Source of the DNA: Nemertoderma westbladi
Lineage: Eukaryota; Animalia; Xenacoelomorpha
Reading direction: 5' to 3'
Length of the DNA: 64,000 nt
Assembly: GCA_032718475.1 (NCBI GenBank)
Contig: JAUCBJ010007841.1
Location: 6,950-70,949, forward strand
Positions 27,091 to 38,188 of the stretch are shown here, in pieces. The position numbers were made by a program, and so were the translations under genes. The notes under the pieces were generated by a model. It had not been told where the DNA came from. It saw nothing but the letters and a program-made list of their open reading frames with translations, and did not search any database. Every line of letters begins with the position of its first letter. Positions within the stretch are counted from its first letter, which is position 1.

Positions 27091-27732
27091 ATCAATACCT
27101 GTTAATGTGTGAATTTTTATTCGGGAACTGATTCATTAATGTAGTAGGCATTAAATACACTTAATACATGTTCTATATTGTTCTATTTCTTGTATAATTC
27201 ATATTTATTCTGCTATACCATAATTTGCATACGAATAAAAGTAATAAAAATAGGTGAAGGTTGACAATTAATGAAAATAATTACAATGCTAGCAAAATAT
27301 AACATGCAAAAGCCCTAATTAATATATTCTTTTGTTTAGTTTTTTTTAAAGAACTTTACAACATTAGACTGATAAAGCACTTTACAACATTAACAATATT
27401 TTACAATTCAACTCCAAAATAACCTAGATCAATGTTGCATACAATATAAACGTCACAAGAAATACCTTGTTTCAGTGTACCAGTACTAATTTATCCCATT
27501 CATTTTCAACCACAAGGAAGTCATACTAAGATATACTGGGCTATCATCCGTTTGTCATTATGTTCAAAAAGTTTGATATAGAAGAGGTCGATTTATTACC
27601 GTATTGTAATTTTACTGTGGACCAGAGAAACCCATTGTATTACTAACTAGTAACTATCGTATATTAATTACTCTGTTTTCTTTTTTTAAATATTTTTTTT
27701 ATCTCAGTGTGGTCCCGATAGGATCACTTTAA

Positions 27733-30396
27733 CCCTATCCCGGGGGGGGGGGGGGGGTATTTTTATGACGTATCCCGGGGGGGGGGGGGGTAAATTTACC
27801 TGATGCCATATAACAATGGGAAAATGTGGTAAAAAACAGGAAAAATTTATTTTCAGCCTCAAATACATGATATAAGCAAGGAAGTAACAATGTATCGCTT
27901 ATACATCAACACATTTTCCACATGTTACAACAAAATGGCCCTCATATGTTGTGCATACAAAATTGCCACATTTATCACATTTATTTCTGATTTTATTGTT
28001 CAAATTGTTTCTTTTCTTGAAGCCACGATCTACATCCTCCAAACACATGGCACACCGACCATATTCGAATTCGTCTTTCCTCTTCTTTGGAGCCACACCC
28101 TCATCACACTTCAGCACACGTTTCATTTTATTGACTACATTCGTTTGGAGTCCAATAGGGTGTTCCAGTCGCAACACAATGAAAGGTGTAACCAACTCCT
28201 TCCCCAGGAGCCAAGTGAACTCGAAATTGGAATGATTCTTCTTCTGCACTTCATTGTACAAGGTTCTTGCATTCGTCCGCACAGTGTCAAGGAGAAAGAA
28301 GTTGGCATTCAAAGTCCACCGCTTCGTCTTTGCCCTAGTAGATGCACCGATGGCAACAAGATCCACGACATCCACACCTCCTTTCATATGATCATAGTAA
28401 ACAATTGGTTCAGGTTTTAGCCTCTGGTCTCGAGACACACGCATTGTATCATACAACGTTGTGAGTGCAAGAACAATCTTGGTTCCGCTCTTCATCTCAT
28501 CTGCATAGGATATAAGCATCTTCTTTTCGTTGTAGCACCACTTCGTTGATTTTGATTCTCTTCCTGTGCTCTCCTTCGATGGAGCCTTCATCTCCTTCGG
28601 GATTCCTTTGCGATCGGACTTCAGGGTGCCTGTAACAGAGATTTTACGTTTGAGGCACCAATCGGCAATGCTCATCGATGTAAAGTACCTATCCAAAGCA
28701 ATGTTTCTCCCACTCAAACAATCCATCCCACCGACTTCAATCGCATTATTAACCAAGTACTCCGTATATTTGTCTGTTCCGGTTACGTAGTAGTTATCGG
28801 GTATGCCTGTTGGTTTCCCAGCATATGGCAGAGAGATGTAGGTGTATTGAACGGTTGAATCACAGAGGCTTCTGAAAAGCAAACCATACTTAGCAGGCTT
28901 GCTGGGATTATATTGTTTGAAGCTAATCTTTCCACGATAAGAATAAAGCGTTTCATCAATAGCCAAGTGCTGGGACGGTTTCCTGAGATGCAAGAACCGA
29001 CGATTCACACTTTCAAAAAAATTTCTGAAGGCTGCAAACCGGTCTTGACTCCACCGCTCTGCTCTTGTTTCTCCATCGTCAAACTGAACGATTCTCGTGA
29101 GGAAAGTAAACCGTTTCCGCTGCATGGTGGCAGAGAAAATGTCATTGGAACTTTCGTGGTACCACACATTGTCTATGTCTGTAGTGTTCAGCTTCAATGC
29201 TCCTCGTAGGTATAGTAAACCGAACCATGCTTTCATTTCAAGCAGTGATGCCAACTTGTATTGTGTCTTCTTATCGTTTTCCGTCAGTCGCTCGCCAAGT
29301 AATTCGTGGAGCGCTGATATTTTTCTGTTGGTGAACTCGACAATTTTCATCACTTCATCATCTGGAATCATTAGGCTCCATGTTTCAGAAGGGGAATTCG
29401 CGTTTCTCTCAGCTGTCCGAGTGGGACCACCACTGTGTGAGATGTTGATGGCAGGCACCCGTCCACGTCGCGATGCATTCTCTGCTTGCCCTGGCTTCAA
29501 TGTGCACCATTCGTACCTTTCTTTAGCTTTGTTCGTCCACACAAATGTTTCTTCGGGTTGGTCAGGAAGCCGATCATAATTACTAGAATCAATGACTTTT
29601 GTATAGTCTGAGAATTTCTGTTTCTTCTTTGGCGTTGCTGCTGGTTCATCGTTGTCCTCAGGTTCTGCATCTTGGTTTGGATCATCCTCCACGGTTACAT
29701 CATCAGTGTTGCCATCTTCGTCCAGAACTTCTTCATAATCGGAATCTCCTTCATCAGGGAATGCCGACACGCCATCATCAGCAAAGTTCCGATCTTCTTG
29801 ATAGATTTCTTCATAGAAATTAGCGATTAATTTGTCCACTTCTGCGGCAGTGAGCCGGCGACTTGTTGATGCCATGGTGTCAGATAATAAATAAACTATT
29901 TCTTGACACAGCACACAGAAATACAGAACTATGTAATAATGACAACACAGAAATAATAATAAAACTTCAGTTTATACAAAACTGCTGTATTTCTGCATTA
30001 CAGTATTTCTGCAGTTGGTACCGTAATATACAGTATGCAGTACTGGTACTGAGGATCATCTAGGCCTTTGGGATCTAAGTTGCCCCCCTGGTCCGGTAAA
30101 CCAGTGTTTTTTTTAAAAAAAAGCAGTATGGTTTGCACCGGCCTAAAATGATGAACGGGTCGAACCCTAATATGGACTACTTATAAAAAACCTCCAACCA
30201 CATCCGACAAAAGTGCCACCATTTCGTCATTTTTTGGTCAATTTTCTTGAAATTCGCAGAGAAGGTGCCTAATATATAAACAATAAAAGTCACAAAAAGC
30301 AGGAATGAAAAAATAAGTTCTTCGAGGTGAAAAAATGAATATTCTGCACCTAAGGTAAATTTACCCCACCCCCCCCCCCCCCCCCCCGGGATAGGG
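27733..30396 (-). mobile_element. Full-length piggyBac DNA transposon
   Basis: TTAA target duplications at 27729-27732 and 30397-30400; TIRs CCCTATCCCGGGG / CCCCGGGATAGGG; subterminal GGTAAATTTACC at both ends. Confidence 0.97.
27899..29875 (-). CDS. piggyBac transposase, 658 aa, uninterrupted
   Basis: Acidic N-terminus; DDD triad (AIDETL, LDRYFTS, KGGVDVVD); KQYNPSKPAKYG motif; C-terminal Cys-rich domain; ATG in ACCATGG context. Confidence 0.96.
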   Translation of the reverse strand: MASTSRRLTAAEVDKLIANFYEEIYQEDRNFADDGVSAFPDEGDSDYEEVLDEDGNTDDVTVEDDPNQDAEPEDNDEPAATPKKKQKFSDYTKVIDSSNYDRLPDQPEETFVWTNKAKERYEWCTLKPGQAENASRRGRVPAINISHSGGPTRTAERNANSPSETWSLMIPDDEVMKIVEFTNRKISALHELLGERLTENDKKTQYKLASLLEMKAWFGLLYLRGALKLNTTDIDNVWYHESSNDIFSATMQRKRFTFLTRIVQFDDGETRAERWSQDRFAAFRNFFESVNRRFLHLRKPSQHLAIDETLYSYRGKISFKQYNPSKPAKYGLLFRSLCDSTVQYTYISLPYAGKPTGIPDNYYVTGTDKYTEYLVNNAIEVGGMDCLSGRNIALDRYFTSMSIADWCLKRKISVTGTLKSDRKGIPKEMKAPSKESTGRESKSTKWCYNEKKMLISYADEMKSGTKIVLALTTLYDTMRVSRDQRLKPEPIVYYDHMKGGVDVVDLVAIGASTRAKTKRWTLNANFFLLDTVRTNARTLYNEVQKKNHSNFEFTWLLGKELVTPFIVLRLEHPIGLQTNVVNKMKRVLKCDEGVAPKKRKDEFEYGRCAMCLEDVDRGFKKRNNLNNKIRNKCDKCGNFVCTTYEGHFVVTCGKCVDV

Positions 30397-30559
30397 TTAA
30401 GCTATCTCTTCTATTATCAATAATTGTGCATTTTATATAAATTTTTACTTTTGTGGCGGCCCCTATAAGTGCCTCTGACTGAGCCTGGGTGGTTCCTCTC
30501 CGCGGTAGTCTAAATTTGTTTTGTTTTTTATGTTTTGTTTTAATTTGATTTTAAAATAA

Positions 30560-31240
30560 TAATATCGCGTACTGTAGGATAAAAACGAAATTACCGTAGG
30601 AAATAAACGTTTGCAAAAAGTTCCCTAAGGGATACAGGTCTGATATTTCCTGTGAAATATTTGACATGTAAATTTTCAAGCAACATATATTGTATAAAAA
30701 TATGGTGTTCATCATTGTTGATTTATCCGCACTTTCAATACTGCTGATGTTTAGGAACCTTCGACCACCGCATTTTTTATACAGGAAGATTATGACTCCC
30801 AACTGAAACCATCAGTAGACCATTCACCATAAAATTGGGGAGTTTCAAGACATGGATTTATAGACCTATACAAAATCAATTTAGTTGCATCTATAGGGCA
30901 TTTGTTCAACTTAAATTTATAGGTTCTAACCTTTTCGATGTGGATTGTTTTACAACCTACAAAGCGATCAATGATGGTACCATAAGAGCTTTTTGACTCC
31001 CGCGCAATCATAAGTGCCTTGTATAAAGGGATATCTGTATTTAACTTTGGGATCAACGAATTGAATAACCGTTGTTGTTTAGACTTAACTAAATATTCCA
31101 CCAGAGGTAAATTGAGTTTAATTAAGCAAGGAAGGTTGGGTGAAGAGACCCGAACAGCTATAAGTTGTTTTACAAAGGGACATGTAGACTTTATTTTCAG
31201 AGCATAGTGATGCATAGCATTACTTGATAATGCTTATCAA
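30560..31240 (-). mobile_element. Degenerate LINE ORF2 C-terminal fragment
   Basis: KLILYRSINPCLE...FQLGSHNLPV...RWSKVP resembles the RLSSHxL..ETGRW tail of L2/RTE-X-type ORF2. Confidence 0.6.
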
Positions 31241-31259
31241 CATGTTGTAATAGAAACGA

Positions 31260-31450
31260 AGTTACTGATCAAGTTACTTACTAAGAGCCACGGCGCATCT
31301 CTGTCTTGCATCCTTAAGTGGTAGCTAAATGAGTACTGGAGTTTCCTCTGGGGAGTAAAGTTATGGGGGGACCGCAATGGAAATAAGTCGTCAGACTTTG
31401 TGTGTAATCCCTGGCCTAGCGGCCGAATAAAATTTACTTTTTACTTTTTT
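31260..31450 (+). mobile_element. SINE-like fragment with Nin/Deu-domain-like core
   Basis: CTTGCATCC...GTAGCTAAATGAGTACTGG core, then AATAAA and a (TACTTT)n tail. Confidence 0.45.
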
Positions 31451-32439
31451 GATAGCGGGGTCATAGATTAGAAGGCCATTTTTGTTCATTGCATATCACT
31501 AAATTACTTACAAAATACTCAGCATTATCTCGAATACATTATCTAATTAGGAAATTAATTTTGCTATTTTGGCTTGGTTATCAAGACAGAATATTTCAGT
31601 CATAGACAACCAAGACAGGGTGGCACATTCTCGTCTTAACGTCCTTGTCATAGGGCTATCTACAACTATATGAGCTTCGGTCTGAATCCCACCACATCCA
31701 CAAACTCGATCCTCGGGTTTAACCCTCTTCCATCTCCTCTCTTCACCTGGAAGTTCTGGCTACCCACCCGAAAACGGGTCTAATGGATGGGTCACAACTC
31801 ACAACAGAGCTGGGGGGAAGTTAAGTCCGGGTTCATTACCTTGAACAGGTGGCGTATAGTACCCGTTGAAAGTGAAACCTTGTTCTTAAACGAGTTGGGA
31901 ACCTTATTCTATAACGATATGCCATTCTGAATTCAAAGAATCTATTTTCGCGGACATCGATGTTTTACCATCTGCAGAGAGAGTGCACCCGATCCATCGA
32001 GTGGTGAAGTGAGAGGGCTGGGCTATTCGACACCGCCCATTAAGGGTTGAAGTGGATTGTATGTAGGAAGATGAGAAAACTTGAGAATCTCAAGTAAACT
32101 GCCAGAACTAATAAGTACATTAAATCTATAAGAAGATAAAATATAAATAATATAAGAACCTTTACTGTTGTAATAGTCAGGGGCTTCCTCAGGCAGAGGG
32201 TAAAGATGGAAGAAGGTACCGAAAGTTACAAAACATCGCCTTTTATACCCAGACATTATGGAAATCAGGATCGAAACATATGAATGCTGATTGGCCATAG
32301 CTAGTCAATGATTTTTTTGGAGCTACTGGTTGGCCAAACAGTTACGTTTCGATCCCATTACACAAATGATCTGGTGAGAGCTGGGGTTAATAACATTGGA
32401 CGTATCTGTGTATGGCAAACCAAAACGTGACCCAACATG

Positions 32440-32760
32440 GACAAATATACACGAGATTATTCACAAATTGATGCAACACAATAGTCCAAAGCTGATAAAT
32501 ACTTTCCTTTAGGGGAAAAACTAAGACTCCCTCCCAATTGCACACCATAGGCACTCATACTTTGGTAGTATACAAATCTGCAGGACTTTTTGGCCATGGT
32601 CTGGACATTAACTACTCTATCTGGGCTACAAACATACTCAAAATCATTAAACCCATTAAAAATTATCGACATAGGGTCAGCATATCGAGAATTAAGATTC
32701 CCTGAAACATAAATGATCTGTTCAGATCTGTTACGTAATATCGAATGCAATAAAATGGTA
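32440..32760 (-). mobile_element. Degenerate LINE apurinic-endonuclease fragment
   Basis: IIYVSGNLNSR (GDxN motif), DRVVN, SLSF...SALDY motifs. Confidence 0.6.
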
Positions 32761-33081
32761 AGCTAATCGGCGGTATATACATTAGGGTGGAGTGAACAAT
32801 TTTTTTTCTTTATTTTTAAGGGAAGCACTATTTTTCTGATGCCAAATCGGTCTAAACTCACTTTGCAAAAAACAAATTTTGATTTCGAAAAATTCTAAGC
32901 GGGCCTCACGACAATGGAAAATTTCAAATTTTTGGGAAGGCAATGCCAGTTTTGAAAATTTCAGATATTTTGTATTTTTGATAAAAGTTAAGGAAGATGC
33001 AAATATATAATATCAAATAGGTTGGAAACAAACACAAAATGTGAAATTGTGATTTTCATATAAATCTACACCAGCCTCATG

Positions 33082-34869
33082 GCCTTTAAAATTTTGCAAA
33101 ATTTGCAAAATTTCACCCAAAAAATACAGCAAACCTACTTCGTATCCTCTATAGTTGAAACGATTTTCTGGGGTTTGGAGTTCTTCCTGAGTGAAAACCA
33201 AGTCCCCTGATTTGATCACAACTATATTTCAATACTAGATACCTAGCCAGCAGCCTGTGAGTTTGCCTTTTGATCAAATTCCCAATAAGTATATTATAAA
33301 CAACAGTAGGTATAGGAAGAAGGATAATTCTAAATTAGGAAAACACTAGTGAAACAGTAAAACACTAGAAAAACATATGAAAAACACTGTAAAGCACCCG
33401 GAAAACAGTCAGACAGTGGCAATATTGATCAGCAGGAAATTTAACACATGTAACACTCTGAATTTGTAATCTTAAATGTACTCCTCTCACAGCACACCTC
33501 AAGTAATCACCATAAAACATAGGGAAACACTACAGTATCAACTCTGCAGAAAACAGTATTATTATAATATTAGTATAACATTAAATAGCATTAAATTTTA
33601 CCTAGTATGCTGCTAAAAAATAAGTTGAAAGAGTCTAATACTACACAGAAACCATTGTTGCCAGGCAACCAAGGAACAGTAACCAATCAGCATGCATTTC
33701 ATCACTATCCTGTTTTACTGGTCAGCCGGTACAGGCACAGTAATGGTGGATTCTGGTAATAGTGTATTCCAATATTCAATTATTGTTAGGGTTGGATCTT
33801 GTCATCAGCTAAATGTTGAACAGTTAAAGTGCAGATGTTGCGGTAGTTAATATTAAGACAGCAAGAGGGCCACATTTAGGTCCTGCCTACAGAGATACTG
33901 TAGTGAAGTGGCAAGCTAGCAGCGCGGATGCAAGATCTAGAACCCATCACACATGATTTTCTAGTCAGTTCGGTTTTCTGGTATGAATGGTATCCTTAAT
34001 AATAAATACCACAACTTCTGCACTTAAACTGCCAACATTTAGCAGATGAATTGATCTAACACTAACAATACTGGAATACACTATGTTATACCAGAATACA
34101 GCAACACTGGTACTACTGGCTGACCAGTAAAACAAGGATAGTGCTGAACTGCATGCTGATTGATTTCTTCTTTCACCTAGTATTATTAGCAGCATATCAA
34201 GCAAACAGTTGAGGCGACCCGAAGGCTCCTCTTTCGATAGATGCTACCGAGGGTAGGGGTGGGCGCTACTATTATCCCAAGATTTGCTCCCAGTTATTTA
34301 ACTGGTACTCAATGTATCGACCCCAGTGGATGAAAGGCGGCTGAGTGGACCCTGGTGGGGCTGAACCTACAATCAATCGATAGCAGGCCCGGCGCTCAGC
34401 CAATTGAGCTACCCCGCTTTCTAGCGAAATATAGGTAAAATTTTTACTGTTGTCCAGAGGGTTTATAGGGTTTTCCCTATGTTTTTCGGAGATTACTTAA
34501 CGTGTGCTATGCGAGGAGTACATTTAAGATTATCAATTCAGTGTAATCGGTGTATTAAATTTCCTGTTGATCAATAATTTTAATGTTTTACGGGTGCTTT
34601 ACAGTGTTTTTCATGTTTTCCGGGTGCTTTACAGTGTTTTTCATATGTTTTTCTAGTGTTTTACTAGTGTTTTCCTAATATAGAATTATCCTTCTTCCTA
34701 GACCTAGCCCTACTGTTGTTTATATTATACTTATTGGGAATTTGATCCAAAGGCAAATTCACAGCCAACTAGCTGGGTTTCTAGTATTGAAATATAGTTG
34801 TGATCACATCAGGGGACTTGCTGTATTTTTCTGGCTAAATTTGGCAAATTTTGCAAAACTTTAAGGCCA
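33082..34869. mobile_element. Large fold-back/MITE-like element with ~700-bp inverted arms (33082-33772 and 34070-34869)
   Basis: For example, 33205-33405 is the reverse complement of 34615-34820; the right arm carries a SINE and is cut by a LINE fragment. Confidence 0.85.
34210..34418 (-). mobile_element. tRNA-derived SINE with Nin/Deu-like central domain (family B)
   Basis: Head GGGGTAGCTCAATTGG...GGTTCAGCCCC; core GTCCACTCAGCC...TTTCATCC...GGGGTCGATA...TGAGTACCAG; tail shared with 61337-61435. Confidence 0.8.
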
Positions 34870-35252
34870 GTGTCCTTTAAGATGCGTCTCAAGAAAGTCA
34901 TGGGCTGTCCACCATGCTTATTCACTCCATGAGGCTGCCAAAGTACAAGATTATGCACTGGATGGTCCTCACGGCGAAAGCAATGTCCTGCAAAGCGGAG
35001 GTGATTTTGTTCTAGTGTCAAGCTTGGGGGAACCAATGAGACACCTCCAATGTTATATAGTGTCTGGTTGGAGATGTGTGCATTGTATTTGACACAATGA
35101 ACCCGGGTCTCCAATGTTATATAGTGTCTGGTTGGAGATGTGTGCATTGTATTTGACACAATGAACCCGGCGTAGCATTCTTGTTAATGTGCCATCCAGA
35201 GATTTGGTGTCCTCAGCAGATAGAGCCCAGCATGGACTCCCATAGAGGAGTA
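34862..35252 (-). mobile_element. RTE-like LINE fragment, inverted relative to the adjacent copy, with a ~61-bp internal tandem duplication
   Basis: Near-identical to the reverse complement of 56040-56365. Confidence 0.9.
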
Positions 35253-35347
35253 ATCATCATAATGATGATGGGGTGATGATAACTCCACCTACTGGCTCCA
35301 GAAGTCGAGGAAGTCCTGCCAAGTACCTAACTGATCTAGACATTGAT
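35253..35347 (+). mobile_element. RTE-like LINE, portion upstream of the BEL insertion
   Basis: Translates RSRGSPAKYLTDLDID and joins in frame to DDLGVLSESLEGAQRLL at 55678 once the BEL element and one TSD are removed. Confidence 0.9.
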
Positions 35348-35857
35348 TGTTAGCTTATCCAATTCCGCTAACACAAACCCATAAAGTAAGCCGTTAAGCA
35401 ATATTGGGGGCCACGAGGTTGATTACCCAATCTCGTGTCACCCCAATAAAATGGGAAGGAGAAACACACAATAAGGGTCAGGGGCCACACCCCTGACCGG
35501 GAGAGAATAGCAGGAGTGAGGGAAACACTCCAAAGGGCGCCAACAGGGATATCAGCCAATGGGAGGGAGGCACCGGCTAGGTACAGTAACAAGGCCAACC
35601 CGTGCAATATAACCAGTTAACGGTAATCAGTTATTTCAGTTATCTCATTGTGTTGGTCGGTTTAGCTAGGATAGGACCGGAACTTTAATTACCGTTGCGT
35701 AACCACTGTGCAGACATCTTATTCTATATCTATACTATTATACCGGAGGACTTTATACAGCAATCAACAATTATCCACCTTTTACACACACACGGCGGGA
35801 ACGCGACGCGTAAATCAAAAACCGGATAAACCGGGATCCTTTGTGGATCCCGTCACA
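35348..35857 (+). repeat. 5' LTR of BEL element (510 bp)
   Basis: Differs from 55165-55674 at 2 positions by eye; TATA-like TATAAC at 35608 and Inr-like TCAGTT at 35636. Confidence 0.97.
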
Positions 35858-35927
35858 GTAATTAAAGTCAATCGTCCTTAAGTAATTAAAGCCTAGAACT
35901 CCAGCCAGCTACCGATCTAAAGAGGAG

Positions 35928-37459
35928 ATGAGTGACGTTACGCCAACGCGGACCCCGGAGGAAGACCCAACGATTCGCGAGGCCGTGACCAGACGGTATA
36001 GGCCCACGACGCCGGACCCATCGGTAACGGGTCATCCGGCACATCAGGATGAAGGGGGCCGTCTGGAGCCGGAGATCGAGCCGAGAGGAGCGGGGGCCGA
36101 GTTGAGAGAAGGAGAGGGCGAGAGGGACGGAGAAGAAGACGAGTCGACACGGAACGAGGGTCGACGTACCGATGTCGCCGGCCAGCCACAGGCCGAGGGC
36201 GACGAACGGCCCACCGAAACGGCGACGGTGGGGCCGACGGTACGACGCAGGACCCGGAGAGATGGGGGAGATGTCGGTACCGATGTCGCCGGCCAGCTAC
36301 AGGCCGAGGGCGACGGACGGCCCACCGGAACGGCGACGGTGGGGCCGCCAGTACGACGTCGGACCCGGAGAGACGGAGGAGAGGTCGGCGACGAGGACGT
36401 CGGGGTTTCTGATCGACTTCGACGGGCCTACAACGCAACCCGGAAACTACTCAAGGAGGCCAAGGAGGGGGCGAAGATAGATGAGGTACAGTTAACAACA
36501 GGACTAGGTGAGTCGGATAGACATTTTAGTTATCTAATGCGCTTCGGGCAGAGAGAACTGGCCAAGGAGAGAGTGAGAGGGGTTGCCGAGGAACTGTGTG
36601 ATTTATGGCGGTGTAGGGGTATGCAACCTAGTGTAGTGTACGTTGGGCCATACTTAGTCGATGCCCAGGGTATAAAATCAGTGGGTTGGAGGAGACCTGA
36701 GGAGGGCGAATCCGAGGTTGACCCCGAGGATTCGATCTCGTCGGTCGGAGGAAGTTCTGGGAAGAGGGGGAAAGTTAGTAGGTCGGGAAGGCGGAGGGAA
36801 TCCGTCGTAACCGATAAGTCTGCTACATCCTCCATAAAAGAAAGACGGGTGAGAGAGATAAATGCCACATACCATCTCGACCTGATAGCGCAAGGTCAGA
36901 GAGAGATAAATAGACGGTTAGAGGAGGGGAGAATGTAACTAGAGAAGGAATTGGTACTGATTAGAGAAACCGGAGAGAGGGCCGAAAGGGCCGCGAAAAG
37001 CCTTAGAGAGTGTGAGGAAATAGAGAGGAGGGAACAAGAGGAGCGCGAGGCGAGACGGGAGAGTGAACGCAGAGAGCGTGAAGCGGAACGCAAGGAGCAT
37101 GAGGCGAGAGAGGAAAATGAGCGCAAGGAACGTGAGGCGAGAGAGGAAAATGAGCGCAAGGAACATGAGGCGAGAGAGGAAAATGAGCGCAAGGAACGTG
37201 AGACGAGGGAGGAAAGTGAGCGCAAAGAGCGTGAGGCGAGGCGAAGGGAGGGAGCTAGGAGAGAGGCGGAATTGGCCGAACGGAACGCACGGGAGGGTCG
37301 GGAGATAATGGCAAGAGAGATGCGTGAGCGAAAAGAATTGGAAAGACAGCAAGGCGAGCTTATAGAGTACAAAACTAGACGTACGCGCGAATTGGAACTG
37401 GCGCGGGTGGGGGCGTCTGAGAGCGAGGCTGACTCGAAGATTTTCGAGGAGCCAAGGGC
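35928..37459 (+). pseudogene. N-terminal part of the BEL polyprotein (charged, coiled-coil E/R-rich), in-frame TAA at 36936, interrupted by Gypsy insertion
   Basis: ORFs 35928-36938 and 36951- share a frame; purine-rich composition same as BEL pol; resumes near 45014. Confidence 0.8.
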
Positions 37460-37705
37460 TGTGGATATATTTATTAATACCCCACTTACAGGGACCGCAC
37501 GATGTAAGGTTATATATTTTTATCATACAGTACATACATTTTTATTATGATATAGGGAGATGATTAGACATTCAGTTATTGCATTGTACTGACATTCAGT
37601 TATATGATACCGGATTCAGGGATTACATTATTCATACATTCAGTCATTCATTGTTATTGAGTTTTATATATATCCATTACCCTGGAAAGGGGAAGCCCAC
37701 ACAAA

Positions 37706-37723
37706 TGGTGACCCAGACGAGAT
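37706..37723 (+). promoter_or_regulatory. Primer-binding site, tRNA-Trp type
   Basis: TGGTGACCCAGACGAGAT matches 16/18 to the known tRNA-Trp PBS TGGTGACCCCGACGTGAT, directly after the LTR. Confidence 0.85.
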
Positions 37724-38188
37724 GCGACAGGATGCGAGCGATGAAATGTAGAGAAACTACTGAACAATGGTCAACACAACTAAACTTGGAAAATTGCATT
37801 CGGAACCTGTAAAACGACAATTATACATTGCTGCATTGTGTATGGTAAGACGACTGAATGCTACAGTGACGTATACCGTATAATAGCTACCCGGTATTAG
37901 GCCTACCTGCCTACTGACTCAATAAAATATCCAAACTACCGCAGTACCGGTAGGCCGTTAGAAAAAAAAAATACTCAAAAAAAAGCGAAATTTTGGTTCT
38001 AATAAGATTGTAATATTGCTGTATTGTGATATTGTAATACAGTAATAGGCCTGCTGTTGCATTATGATATATACGGACAGGGGCTGATACAACAATCTGC
38101 CTACTGCATACTGGCCTACCACCAGTTGGGAAACCTACCTTAACTGCCTACCTACTGCTCTACAACCTGACAAAGATAAAAAAAGAAA

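Noticed and set aside
35368-35607. 79-aa hydrophobic ORF present twice (also 55185-55424)
   Set aside because: Antisense frame within the LTR, non-ATG start, duplicated only because the LTR is duplicated
36896-37535. Antisense ORFs over BEL gag and other antisense ORFs across 45000-55100
   Set aside because: Shadow frames of purine-rich coding sequence
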